Virus record (IMG/VR): IMGVR_UViG_3300042934_001067
Location: 32,001 to 96,000 of that record
From: a virus
Strand: one strand, 5' to 3'
Length of the DNA: 64,000 nt
A program made the position numbers and the translations under genes. The notes under the pieces are model-generated. The model saw nothing but the letters and a program-made list of their open reading frames with translations. It was not told the DNA's origin and searched no databases. How positions within the stretch are numbered: position 1 is the stretch's first letter; each line of letters starts with the position of its first letter. Positions 9,741 to 18,467 of the stretch are shown here, one piece after another.

Positions 9741-10115
9741 ATGAGCGAACCCACACACGAGCAGATCGTCCAGGCGCTGCGGGACGGAGCCCGGGGCCAC
9801 ATGCCGCAGGAGGCCGCCGTGGAACTCCTGATCGAGGAGGAGTGGTGGCTGCGGCGCCTGACGGCGGAGGGCCTGGTCGAGTACACGGACGACCCGGACA
9901 TGCTGGCGGCGGACGGGAAGCCCATGGCGTTCATCGACTGGGTCAAGGCGGCCAAGCACCCCTGGCGAGCGTCCGGCGGTGAACGCGCCCTCCTGCAGGC
10001 CGCCTGCTCCATCGGATCCAGTCAGGTGGAGCTGAGCCTGTCCGACGTCTTCACCAGCATGGACAAGCACAACGCCGGACTGGTCCTCAAGTGGCTCCCC
10101 TGGATCAAGAGGTAG
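9741..10115 (+). CDS. Hypothetical protein, counter-oriented in the structural module
   Basis: Fills the gap between portal and 10105; globular composition (EAAVELLI...SGGERALL.AA.SI). Confidence 0.7.
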   Translation: MSEPTHEQIVQALRDGARGHMPQEAAVELLIEEEWWLRRLTAEGLVEYTDDPDMLAADGKPMAFIDWVKAAKHPWRASGGERALLQAACSIGSSQVELSLSDVFTSMDKHNAGLVLKWLPWIKR

Positions 10116-10293
10116 AGCCCTTGCGCCGCCGAGGAGCCTTCACCGGCGCGGCCGGGGCCTCCTCGGCCATTCCGTAGGCGACCAGCGTCCGCGCCCGCTC
10201 CCGCTGCCCGTCGGGCAGCGTCACCCACTCACCCGGCTGGTGCGTCTTCCCGTCCAGCGACAGCTGCACGAGCGCCTTCACGGAGCAGCTCAC
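10105..10293 (-). CDS. Small phage protein
   Basis: GGAGG SD and GTGA coupling. Confidence 0.65.
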   Translation of the reverse strand: MSCSVKALVQLSLDGKTHQPGEWVTLPDGQRERARTLVAYGMAEEAPAAPVKAPRRRKGSTS

Positions 10294-10793
10294 CGCGCAC
10301 CTCCCAGGAGCCCGGCCAGGTAGTCGACGTACGCGTCCCGGGCCAGCTGTCGGCCGCCCGCGCGGTAGGAGGACTCCTTCTTCCCGAACGGCGGCCCACC
10401 GCCGGAGTCGTCGTCACCCCCGCCGGAGTCCGGCGGGCCGTCCCCGGAACCCGAGTCGCTTGAGTCGCTGTCCTGGCCGAACGGCGGCGCCCCGCCGTCC
10501 TCCTGGCTCTCCGCGCCGGGCGGCATCGCGTTCGGGTCGTTCGGGTCACCGCCGGGCGGCATACCCGGCATCGACGGGGGCGGCATCCCGGGGATCTGCA
10601 CCGGCATCCCGTCGACCGACTGCGGGAACGCCGAGAACATCGGCTGCACCCGCACGAGGAACGCCTGATTGCAGAACGAGCACTCCGTGTTGCCGTCCGA
10701 GCGGCCGATGACCTGCCCCGAGCCGCAGAACGGGCAGTGCGCGATGGTGACCCCATCGCCGGACTGATGCGCCACCACGGGCCGCAGCGTCAT
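10290..10793 (-). CDS. Zinc-ribbon protein with P/G/D-rich tail
   Basis: CPFCGS...CSFC; GGAGGTG SD. Confidence 0.75.
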   Translation of the reverse strand: MTLRPVVAHQSGDGVTIAHCPFCGSGQVIGRSDGNTECSFCNQAFLVRVQPMFSAFPQSVDGMPVQIPGMPPPSMPGMPPGGDPNDPNAMPPGAESQEDGGAPPFGQDSDSSDSGSGDGPPDSGGGDDDSGGGPPFGKKESSYRAGGRQLARDAYVDYLAGLLGGAR

Positions 10794-10804
10794 ACCGCTC
10801 ACCT

Positions 10805-10839
10805 CCACCCCCTACAGGCGAAGGACCGGCCTCGGACAG
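10805..10839 (-). promoter_or_regulatory. Bipartite late-promoter-like motif (variant)
   Basis: CTGTC-N19-GTAGGGGGTGG. Confidence 0.5.
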
Positions 10840-10843
10840 CACA

Positions 10844-10876
10844 ACGCCCCTCCCATATAGCCGATGGGAGGGGCGT
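10844..10876 (-). terminator. Terminator hairpin
   Basis: ACGCCCCTCCCAT-7nt-ATGGGAGGGGCGT. Confidence 0.75.
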
Positions 10877-10903
10877 CGCGGTGCAATGCAGGGGCCCAGT
10901 CTA

Positions 10904-11119
10904 TCAGCCGCCGTTGATGATGTGGGGGATGAACCAGGCCGTCAGTCCGAGCCAGGCCGCCGTGAAGACGACCTTGCCCGGTGTGGACTTCGTGCGGAAC
11001 CAGTCCCGGGTGCGCTCGGAGAGGGTGTCGCCCTCGACCTTGTTGAACACCCCGTACATCTCGTAGGCGAACGCGGCGCCCAGGATGGCGCCCCAGCCGA
11101 CGTTCGGGTCCAGGTCCAT
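10904..11119 (-). CDS. Small 2-TM membrane protein
   Basis: AGGAG SD; two hydrophobic helices flanking DTLSE. Confidence 0.75.
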   Translation of the reverse strand: MDLDPNVGWGAILGAAFAYEMYGVFNKVEGDTLSERTRDWFRTKSTPGKVVFTAAWLGLTAWFIPHIINGG

Positions 11120-11127
11120 GACTGCTC

Positions 11128-12300
11128 CTACTCGAACAGGCTCGCGCCGTGCTGGAAGTGGGTCGGGATGTTCCAGTCCCGCCGCTCGGGCGAGGTGTGG
11201 GCGGGCTCGGCGTGGGAGAAGCCGTGCCCGGCCGGGTCGGTCGGCAGCGGCGCCTGGCCGGTGCCGTGGCCGGTGTCGGCGTGGGAGAACCCGGAGGGCA
11301 CCGGCGGCCGGTAGTGCTCGGAGGCGCCCGGCCCGGCCAGGTTCGCGTCCCACTTCTCGCTCATCTCGCCCCTTGCCTTGTCGAAGCCGGACAGCAGGTC
11401 GTCCGACGCGTGCTGGGTGGTGTACTCGGGGGACGCGCCCGGAGCGGCGGCGTTCGCGTCCCACTTCTTGTCCATCTCGTGCTTCGCGTCGTCGAAGCCG
11501 TGGAGCAGCTCGTGCGACGCTGCCGGGGGCTCCGGGTGCGTCGCGGGCGCGAAGGTGCTCGGGGCCGCGTCGGGTCCGTGCCGCCACCAGTCCTTCAGGC
11601 GCTGGTAGAAGCCCGCCACGGTGGGCTCCAGCGACGCCGTGGCGGTCGTGGCCGCCGCCGGGTTCGTCCGCCCCTCCAGGTCGTCCAGACGCCGGTTGAC
11701 CTCGTCGAAGGTGCCCGTGCCACCAGCGGCGCCCGGGTCAGCCGCCGGACGTCCTGCACTCTCGGGAAGCGCCTTCGGCATCCCGCCCGGCCTCCAGTGC
11801 TTGGCCCGGTCCGTGATCGGGCCGTCGGCCGCGCCGCCCCACGACTCGTACGCCAGCGGATAGGCATCCGCGTGCTTGCGCACGGCCTCGGTGGCCAGCT
11901 TCAGGCAGGTGGCCATCGGCACGCTGGGGTTCTCCCGGGCGGCCGTCGCCGCCAGATGCGCCACGGCCGCGTCCATGCCCCGCTCCTGAGCGGCCGTCAC
12001 CGCCCGTCGCGCGGCCGTCTTCTGCGCGGCCTCCTTCTTCGCGGTGGACAGCAGCTGCCAGCGGCGGGTCAGGTCGGCGGTCAGCTCGGCGACCGGGTAG
12101 CCACGCAGGCTGGCCACCGCCTGCAGCTGGGACTCGGCCAGCGCCAGACGGTTGGCCAGGTCGATGTCGTTGGCCGCCAGGTAGACGAACTGGCCTACCA
12201 GGCGCTCGGTGTCGGCCAGCGCGGCCGTACGGGCCAGCTCGCGCCGTTCCGCGTTGAGGTCGGCGCTTGCGCCGTCCCACATCAGGTCGGAAGTGTCCAT
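11128..12300 (-). CDS. Putative head or internal virion protein with internal repeat
   Basis: Position in structural module; duplicated LL.GFD.A..EM..KWDAN. Confidence 0.6.
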   Translation of the reverse strand: MDTSDLMWDGASADLNAERRELARTAALADTERLVGQFVYLAANDIDLANRLALAESQLQAVASLRGYPVAELTADLTRRWQLLSTAKKEAAQKTAARRAVTAAQERGMDAAVAHLAATAARENPSVPMATCLKLATEAVRKHADAYPLAYESWGGAADGPITDRAKHWRPGGMPKALPESAGRPAADPGAAGGTGTFDEVNRRLDDLEGRTNPAAATTATASLEPTVAGFYQRLKDWWRHGPDAAPSTFAPATHPEPPAASHELLHGFDDAKHEMDKKWDANAAAPGASPEYTTQHASDDLLSGFDKARGEMSEKWDANLAGPGASEHYRPPVPSGFSHADTGHGTGQAPLPTDPAGHGFSHAEPAHTSPERRDWNIPTHFQHGASLFE

Positions 12301-12303
12301 GGG

Positions 12304-14517
12304 TCAGGCGCCCTTCTTCTCTTCGAGCAGGCCCGCCTGCACGCGGCGGCGGAACGCGGACGCCGTCGGCGAGAGGCCGGAGCCGGTGTTGGTCGCGGAC
12401 GCCATGCCGGTGTCGGGGATGGTCACCGGCGTGCCCTGCGGGACGGACGGCGCGGGCGGCACGACCGGCTGCCCGAACGGCTCGGCCCCGTTGTAGGGGG
12501 CGGCACCGGCGGGGGCCGCCGCGTTCTGCTGGCCGTCGAGCGGGCCGGGACGGCCGGGGCCGTTGATCGGGGTGTCACCGGTCGGCGACGGCGACGTGGA
12601 CGGGTTCGTCGTGTCCAGGTCGATGCCGGTGGCGGCCTCGACGCGCAGGTACGTCCCGTCCGTCGGCAGGACCTGGGCGGCGGCGACCTTGTGGGTCAGC
12701 TCCCGGTGCCGGGTGATCCGCTCGCCCAGGCCCGGCTCCACTTCAGCCAGCGAGGCGTGCACGGACAGCCACGCCAGCCGCTGGCTGGGCAGGTCGGTGA
12801 GCGCCGCGTAGATCCCGGCCTCCAGCTCCGGCGAGCCCGGCCGCACGACCGGCACGCCCGGCTTCCAGCGGGCCGCGTACTTGTAGCCGCGCTGGAAGTC
12901 CGGGTGGGCCATCTCCTGCTTCGAGGCGACCTTCCGGGACGCGAACGCCGGGTGCATCCGGCCGGTGCCGTTGTCGCCGCCCATCGACACCGGCACGTTC
13001 TGCGCGGGCGCGGACGGCGCCGCGTTGGTGTAGGACTGGGTGTAGGCGGGAGCGGCGTGGGCGTCACCGAAGGACGGCGCAGCGTCCGGGTTGGCGGCAT
13101 CCGCCGCGCCGCTCCCGGCCTCCTGGACGTTGCGCGGCGGCGTGGTCGCCGGGGAGTTCGCGATGTTCGGCTGCGGGAACTGGTGGGGCTGGGTCCACTG
13201 GTCGGCCTGCACCCGCCGCGAGGCGTGCGCCTGGTGGCCGCCGGAGACCTCCCCGCCCTGGTCGTAGTGGGCCTGGCCGGTCATGCCGTCGGCCTGCTCG
13301 CCCTCGTCGAGGAGCCACGGGAACGCCACGGTGGTCGGAAGCGGCGTCGTGTGCGCCTGGTTGTTGACGTCGGTGGTCTGCTGGACCTGCTGCAGCCCGG
13401 ACGCGGCCTCCTTCTTCCGGCCGGGGAACGCCGGGCCCGCCTGCTGGGTCTGCTCGGTCTCCTCCTGCGCGGGCTCGGCCTCCGGCTGCTGGGCAGGACC
13501 GCCCTGGACCGGGATGTCGGCGTAGTCGGAGTGCCCGCCCGCCCGTTCCGGCGTGGAGTTCCCCCCGGCCGGGCCCTCACCGGCGAGCGAGGAGCCGCCC
13601 TCACCCCCGCCGCCGCTTCCGCCCAGCGACGGCTCCGCGCCCGGGCCGGTCATGTTCCCGGTCTCCGAGTGCCCGCCGGGCACCTCGGGGCTGGAGTTCC
13701 CGCCGCCGTTGACGGCCTGCTGGATCGCCGGGGCCCGGCTGGAGGTCTCCGTCCCGACGACGCCCTCGTTCATGTCGTTGACCGGCGGCGCGAAGTTGTC
13801 GAAGACGTCCGGAGGCAGCGGCGTCGCCTTCTCCGTCACCCCGTCCGGGGCCGTGGTCTGCTGGATCTGGTCCAGCCCGGACGCCGCCTCGTGCACGACC
13901 GCCCGGGACCGCAGGAACGCCGCGTAGTCCACGAACACCGACTCCGCCGTGGCAGCCTGCGTGCCCAGGCTCGCCGCGACGTGCCGCGCCATGCCCTTGG
14001 CCTGCTCGGTGAACTCCTGCTCGTCCCGCACGACGTTCTCCGGCACGTTGCCGTACCACAGGGCGGCCTGCGCGACCATGCGGCCGTGGTCGAACTCGTC
14101 GTCGGCGACCTCGCTCCCCAGCCAGTCCGACTCGGTCGTCCCGCGCGCGGTCCGGGAGATGACCGGCGTCATCGCCTCCCGGATCGCGGTGTCGGCCAGG
14201 TCCGCCTCACGGTCCAGGGCGGCGGTCCGCTGGGCAGCCCGGTCGAGGTCGTCGAGCTGCTTGACGAGCTGCAGCTGCTCGTCGAACGTGGCGGCGCTCT
14301 CGATCCGCTTCAGCAGCTCGGAGCGTTGGGTGCTGGGCGACATGCTGTTCTCCTCCTGCGCGCCCGCGCGGCGCATCCGGCGGCGTACGGACTTGTCTTC
14401 GCGGGAGGGGTTGCGGCGCGCACCACGCACAGCAGGACGCATCGGCTCACGAACGGACTCGTCATCGGTCCACAGGTCGTCCAGCGCATCCCGGTCTGTG
14501 TCGTACACGCGAATCAC
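12304..14517 (-). CDS. Putative head-assembly/scaffold-like protein with internal repeats
   Basis: Duplicated EAASGL.Q.QQT...TPLP; alternative starts at 14508 and 14343 (strong GGAGG). Confidence 0.6.
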   Translation of the reverse strand: MIRVYDTDRDALDDLWTDDESVREPMRPAVRGARRNPSREDKSVRRRMRRAGAQEENSMSPSTQRSELLKRIESAATFDEQLQLVKQLDDLDRAAQRTAALDREADLADTAIREAMTPVISRTARGTTESDWLGSEVADDEFDHGRMVAQAALWYGNVPENVVRDEQEFTEQAKGMARHVAASLGTQAATAESVFVDYAAFLRSRAVVHEAASGLDQIQQTTAPDGVTEKATPLPPDVFDNFAPPVNDMNEGVVGTETSSRAPAIQQAVNGGGNSSPEVPGGHSETGNMTGPGAEPSLGGSGGGGEGGSSLAGEGPAGGNSTPERAGGHSDYADIPVQGGPAQQPEAEPAQEETEQTQQAGPAFPGRKKEAASGLQQVQQTTDVNNQAHTTPLPTTVAFPWLLDEGEQADGMTGQAHYDQGGEVSGGHQAHASRRVQADQWTQPHQFPQPNIANSPATTPPRNVQEAGSGAADAANPDAAPSFGDAHAAPAYTQSYTNAAPSAPAQNVPVSMGGDNGTGRMHPAFASRKVASKQEMAHPDFQRGYKYAARWKPGVPVVRPGSPELEAGIYAALTDLPSQRLAWLSVHASLAEVEPGLGERITRHRELTHKVAAAQVLPTDGTYLRVEAATGIDLDTTNPSTSPSPTGDTPINGPGRPGPLDGQQNAAAPAGAAPYNGAEPFGQPVVPPAPSVPQGTPVTIPDTGMASATNTGSGLSPTASAFRRRVQAGLLEEKKGA

Positions 14518-14525
14518 CCCTCCTT

Positions 14526-14560
14526 CCGCCCCTTGGAGGGCCGAAGGAGGGGTGAGACAG
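14526..14560 (-). promoter_or_regulatory. Bipartite late-promoter-like motif
   Basis: CTGTC-N19-CCAAGGGGCGG. Confidence 0.6.
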
Positions 14561-14580
14561 GAAGAGGGAGAGGGAGGCTG

Positions 14581-16353
14581 TCAGCGACCGCCCTTGTTCG
14601 GCAGGTGCGGTCCGATGTACCCGATCTGCACCCTGCCCGTGGGACCGGCCGTGTCGTCGTAGAAGTGCAGGCGCGGCGCCGGAGGGCCGCCGAGCCCGAT
14701 CCGCATGTGCGCGTCCATGCACACCTCGCCCAGCCCGGGCACCGCGAACATCCGCGTCCTGCGCACCCGGTGGTCGGACCCGCCGTTCTTCACCGACGTG
14801 TCCGACGCCTCATGCATCGTCTTCGGGATCAGCGCCGTGGCCTGCGGCCACTCCAGGTACGCCGTGAAGTGCGGGAGTACATCCGGCCCGTGCTCGGCCT
14901 TCGCCTGCCCGTACGCCTCCAGCGCCTCCAGCGCCTCCCATGTCCGCCGCAGCCACGTCCGGGTCTTCGTGTGCCCGTACAGCTTCTGCAGCGGCCCGTG
15001 CACGCTGTCGAGGACGACCACATGCTGCAGCAGCCCGCTGGCCAGCTCCAGCAGCTCCTGCCAGCTCTTCGGCCCCTCCGGCCGATCCGGCGCCGGATCG
15101 GCGTACGACTGGCCCGGCACCTGGGCCCGCTCCCGCCGCAGCCACGCCACCTCGCTGGTCAGCCGCTCCACCTCGGCCTCGGCTGCCTCGTGCGCAGCCC
15201 ACGCCTCCTCGGCCTGCTCCATGGCCCGCCGGGTCTCACTGGACTGCGCCTCCTCCAGGAGCCGCTTCACGGCACTCTCAGCCGCCTCCTTGAGCTGCAG
15301 CAGCTTCTGGCCGTGCTGCTGCTCGGCCGTCAGCTCACCCCGCAGCTCGGTGAGCATCAGGTTCAGCCGCTCGTTCTCCTCTTCCGCGCGCCGCTTTTCC
15401 TCCAGCAGCCGCGAGGGTGCCGGGGCGATCTGGGGCAGCGCCCAGTTCTCGTGGAAGTCCTCGATCTCGGAGCGGACCTCCCGTTCGTAGTGCACCGGCA
15501 GCCGGGAGTACCGGACGACCGCCTCGGCGATCTCCTTCCGCAGCTGCTCCACCCCGCCGCCCGGCGGCCGACGGATACTGCAGTCGGCGACCGACCATCC
15601 CTCGGGACGGGGCCGGTTCGGCACGATCACCGCGCCACCCCACGGCACCTGGACCTTCAGGTCTCCCAGCTCCGTGTTGGCCTCCTGGTCCTGGTCGCCC
15701 CACAGCAGCGTTTCCACGACCCTTCCGGTCAGGCTCGGCGGCAGCAGCTTCGCCAGCCCCGGACTGTCCTCCTCCCTGACGTCGTCGATGTGCCGCCAGT
15801 CGTGCGTCAGCACCGTGATGTACGGCGCGTACGCCGTCAGCTCGGTCAGAACGCTCTGGGTCGGAACGTTCGCGCCGAAGCTGGTGGAGTCGAGGAGCGT
15901 CATCTGCCCGGAGGCCCAGTCGCAGGTCAGAAAGGGGTCCTTCGACAGGTCGAAGAACATCTCCAGGGGCGAGGGCCACTGTTCCTGCCACGGCTGGTCG
16001 GCCTCGGCCGTCAGCATCCATTCCATGCCGATACGCACGGCGCCGGGCTGGGAGAGGGCCTTCCTCGTCAGGCTCCTGTCCGTGGCCTCGCTCTTGCTGG
16101 GACGGATCTGCAGCCGGGCCCGGATGCAGGCGCCGTCACCAGTCCTCCAGGCAGCGTCGAATCCCCACCACCAGTCGCGGCACGCTCCAGCATCGTCAGG
16201 GTTGAACTCACGCAATTGCAGGATCCGCGACTGCTGGTGCAGGTCCTCGGTCCGTGCCTGGATGGACCGGAGGAAGTTCGGAACCCGGGAGTACCCCCGG
16301 GTCGACCACACCGTGTCCGGGCGGGGCAGAAACTGGTCCTTGCGCTTCGCCAT
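14581..16353 (-). CDS. Coiled-coil protein with C-terminal RelE/BECR-like candidate nuclease domain
   Basis: Central coiled coil; C-terminal H.RIG...PRLHFYDD....V.IGYIGPHL. Confidence 0.55.
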   Translation of the reverse strand: MAKRKDQFLPRPDTVWSTRGYSRVPNFLRSIQARTEDLHQQSRILQLREFNPDDAGACRDWWWGFDAAWRTGDGACIRARLQIRPSKSEATDRSLTRKALSQPGAVRIGMEWMLTAEADQPWQEQWPSPLEMFFDLSKDPFLTCDWASGQMTLLDSTSFGANVPTQSVLTELTAYAPYITVLTHDWRHIDDVREEDSPGLAKLLPPSLTGRVVETLLWGDQDQEANTELGDLKVQVPWGGAVIVPNRPRPEGWSVADCSIRRPPGGGVEQLRKEIAEAVVRYSRLPVHYEREVRSEIEDFHENWALPQIAPAPSRLLEEKRRAEEENERLNLMLTELRGELTAEQQHGQKLLQLKEAAESAVKRLLEEAQSSETRRAMEQAEEAWAAHEAAEAEVERLTSEVAWLRRERAQVPGQSYADPAPDRPEGPKSWQELLELASGLLQHVVVLDSVHGPLQKLYGHTKTRTWLRRTWEALEALEAYGQAKAEHGPDVLPHFTAYLEWPQATALIPKTMHEASDTSVKNGGSDHRVRRTRMFAVPGLGEVCMDAHMRIGLGGPPAPRLHFYDDTAGPTGRVQIGYIGPHLPNKGGR

Positions 16354-16426
16354 GGCGATCTCCCTTTGCTGTGGCGGTAGTCAGATTGTGTCGAGAGGCA
16401 CCGACAACCACCGCCAAAGCACAGAA

Positions 16427-16972
16427 TCAGCGCATCTGGTAGCGAGATTCCGTCGGGCCGTACTGGCCCTGATAGTGGTTGCCCGCGCTCCCGTACGGCC
16501 GCTCGGGGGCGGCCGACATCGGGATCAGGCACAGCTGGGCGATCGGCATCATGCGGCGCAGCCGGATCGGGCGGCCCGACAGGTTGGCGATCTCCAGCGT
16601 GATCTGTCCGGTGAACCCGGGGTCGATGAAGCCCGCCGTCACGTGCACGGTCAGGCCCAACCGGCCCAGGGAACTCTTGCCTTCGACCCTGGCCGCCAGG
16701 TCCGGCGGCAGGGTCACGCGCTCGACGGTGCAGGCCAGGAGGAAGTCCCCCGGGTCCAGCAGCCAGCCGTCCTCGCCGATCTGGTCGAGTGCGGTGTGCC
16801 GGGGCTGGATGTCCGCGACGTCGATCTCGGCCCACTTCGGTCCGGCGAGGGTGCGCACGTACTGGTCGAGGAGCAGGTCGACCGAGGCGGGCTGTACCCG
16901 CTCGGGGTCGAACGGAGAGACGTCCAGGTCCCCTTGGGTGATGCGGTCGGTGATCTGCCAGTCGGCGAGCAT
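16427..16972 (-). CDS. dcd: dCTP deaminase
   Basis: VQPASVDL, RVEGKSSLGRLGL.VH.TAGFIDPGF.GQITLE, I.QL, Y.GQ.GPT.SR. Confidence 0.95.
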   Translation of the reverse strand: MLADWQITDRITQGDLDVSPFDPERVQPASVDLLLDQYVRTLAGPKWAEIDVADIQPRHTALDQIGEDGWLLDPGDFLLACTVERVTLPPDLAARVEGKSSLGRLGLTVHVTAGFIDPGFTGQITLEIANLSGRPIRLRRMMPIAQLCLIPMSAAPERPYGSAGNHYQGQYGPTESRYQMR

Positions 16973-16988
16973 GTGGTGGCCCCTTTCT

Positions 16989-17023
16989 CCACCCCATAGG
17001 CCCGCCGACCGGCGGAGCGACAG
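16989..17023 (-). promoter_or_regulatory. Bipartite late-promoter-like motif (variant)
   Basis: CTGTC-N19-CTATGGGGTGG. Confidence 0.55.
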
Positions 17024-17034
17024 CTACCCCCGCT

Positions 17035-17517
17035 TCACGCCGCACTCCGCAGCGGCCGGGCGTGGCCGGACGCCTTCTGGTCTGCGACACCGAGGACGAC
17101 GGCGGAAGCGCACGGCCACCTCACCGTGCTGATGCCTGTCATCGTCCACAGGTCACCATCGAGGCTGATTGTGGTGCTGCGGTGCACGATCTGGCACCGC
17201 CTGCAGATCAGGCCGATGGCCCGCCCGTCGATGAACCCGGACACCGGCCGGTGTCCGAAGTCGGCGGCCGACGCGAACGGCACACCCCGGCCCGGCAGGC
17301 ACGCCAGACACGGCCGCTTCCCGGACAGGTAGTACGCGTAGTGCTCAGGCGCCCGCCGGACGGCGTAGCCGCCGAACCACGGCGCGCCGAGCGGGTAGTC
17401 GTCGGGACTGTCGCCGTCCCACAGGGCCTGCGCCGACTCCAGCGCGTGGCAGTCCTGTGTTCCGTGGTACTTCCTGCCGCCCTGCGAGTAGAACACCATG
17501 GTCAGCTCGTCAGCCAC
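17035..17517 (-). CDS. Cys/His-rich hypothetical protein
   Basis: KYH...C..L...PC..C metal-binding pattern; coupled. Confidence 0.7.
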   Translation of the reverse strand: MADELTMVFYSQGGRKYHGTQDCHALESAQALWDGDSPDDYPLGAPWFGGYAVRRAPEHYAYYLSGKRPCLACLPGRGVPFASAADFGHRPVSGFIDGRAIGLICRRCQIVHRSTTISLDGDLWTMTGISTVRWPCASAVVLGVADQKASGHARPLRSAA

Positions 17518-17686
17518 GGCGCTCTCCCGCCTGCGCGAGGCGCGCAGGCAGCCCCCACGGCCAGAACCACACGGTGATGGCGACGAGCCAGCCGACGAAG
17601 ATCGCCACGTCGAGGAATCCCGTGAACCAGTCTGCGGCGGCGCCAGCGGCGACTCCGGCCGCCGCGCCCCCTACAGTGCGCCACAT
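17510..17686 (-). CDS. Small membrane protein
   Basis: GGAGG SD, TGATG overlap. Confidence 0.65.
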   Translation of the reverse strand: MWRTVGGAAAGVAAGAAADWFTGFLDVAIFVGWLVAITVWFWPWGLPARLAQAGERRG

Positions 17687-17883
17687 CAGTCGGACCTCCC
17701 GCCGTTCATCAGCCAGATCATGGCCGCACCCAGGCCGTAGGCGATGACGTCGAAGAGCCGGGCCCATACCGCGAGCACCACTGCGGCGCCGACGAGGACG
17801 GCAACCTCGGTGCTGTCCGTGGCGGCCTGGGCGATGCCTCCACAGGCGGCACCGGCGACGAGACCTATCGGGAACCGCTTCAT
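17686..17883 (-). CDS. Small membrane protein
   Basis: AAGGAG SD, ATGA overlap. Confidence 0.65.
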   Translation of the reverse strand: MKRFPIGLVAGAACGGIAQAATDSTEVAVLVGAAVVLAVWARLFDVIAYGLGAAMIWLMNGGRSD

Positions 17884-18467
17884 GCCACGGTCTCCTTCAC
17901 CAGCGCGACGACCGGGTGCTCGGGGCAGTGCGGGACGTCCTCGACACCCACGGTCCAGCCCTCGGGCAGCGGCTCGCCGAGGAGCACGGCCGCCGTGCAC
18001 GTCGAGGTAGGAGTACCACCGCAGCGGACCCGGGGCCCGTTCTCCGGCGCCGAGCGGACCCGCCGCGAGACGAGCGGAGCACCCCCGCTGGCACGGGCGG
18101 CCTCACCGTGCAGAGCGACCAACTCGTCGGTCCACACGGTCGTGAGGTCACGAAGGTAGTCCATCTGCGCCTGCACAATCCGCACCCGGACCCGCATCGG
18201 CAGCAGCCGCCGCCAGCCACCGAGCCCGTCGTACAGGGCCTCGATCATCCGGTCGGCGTACCAGGCGATCTGACCCTGCCGGGTCTTCTTCAGCTGCTGC
18301 AGGTCCTGGCGCTGCCGGGTACGCATCCGGCGGGCGTACAGTCCCGCGATGAGGAACGCCAGATCGTCGTCGGTCATCGCGTCGAAGACCCGCTCCTGCG
18401 GGAAGAACTGCCCGTGCGGGTAGTAGACGAGCGACACGCGCCCCACGTTCTCGTTGCTGCTGTTCAT
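17880..18467 (-). CDS. Hypothetical protein
   Basis: SD and ATGA coupling. Confidence 0.7.
   Translation of the reverse strand: MNSSNENVGRVSLVYYPHGQFFPQERVFDAMTDDDLAFLIAGLYARRMRTRQRQDLQQLKKTRQGQIAWYADRMIEALYDGLGGWRRLLPMRVRVRIVQAQMDYLRDLTTVWTDELVALHGEAARASGGAPLVSRRVRSAPENGPRVRCGGTPTSTCTAAVLLGEPLPEGWTVGVEDVPHCPEHPVVALVKETVA

Noticed and set aside
11149-16380. 1743-aa + strand ORF (also 37743-40391, 45654-47903 and similar)
   Set aside because: Antisense shadow ORFs of high-GC genes: R/G/A-rich composition, and the opposite strand has coherent genes with SDs.
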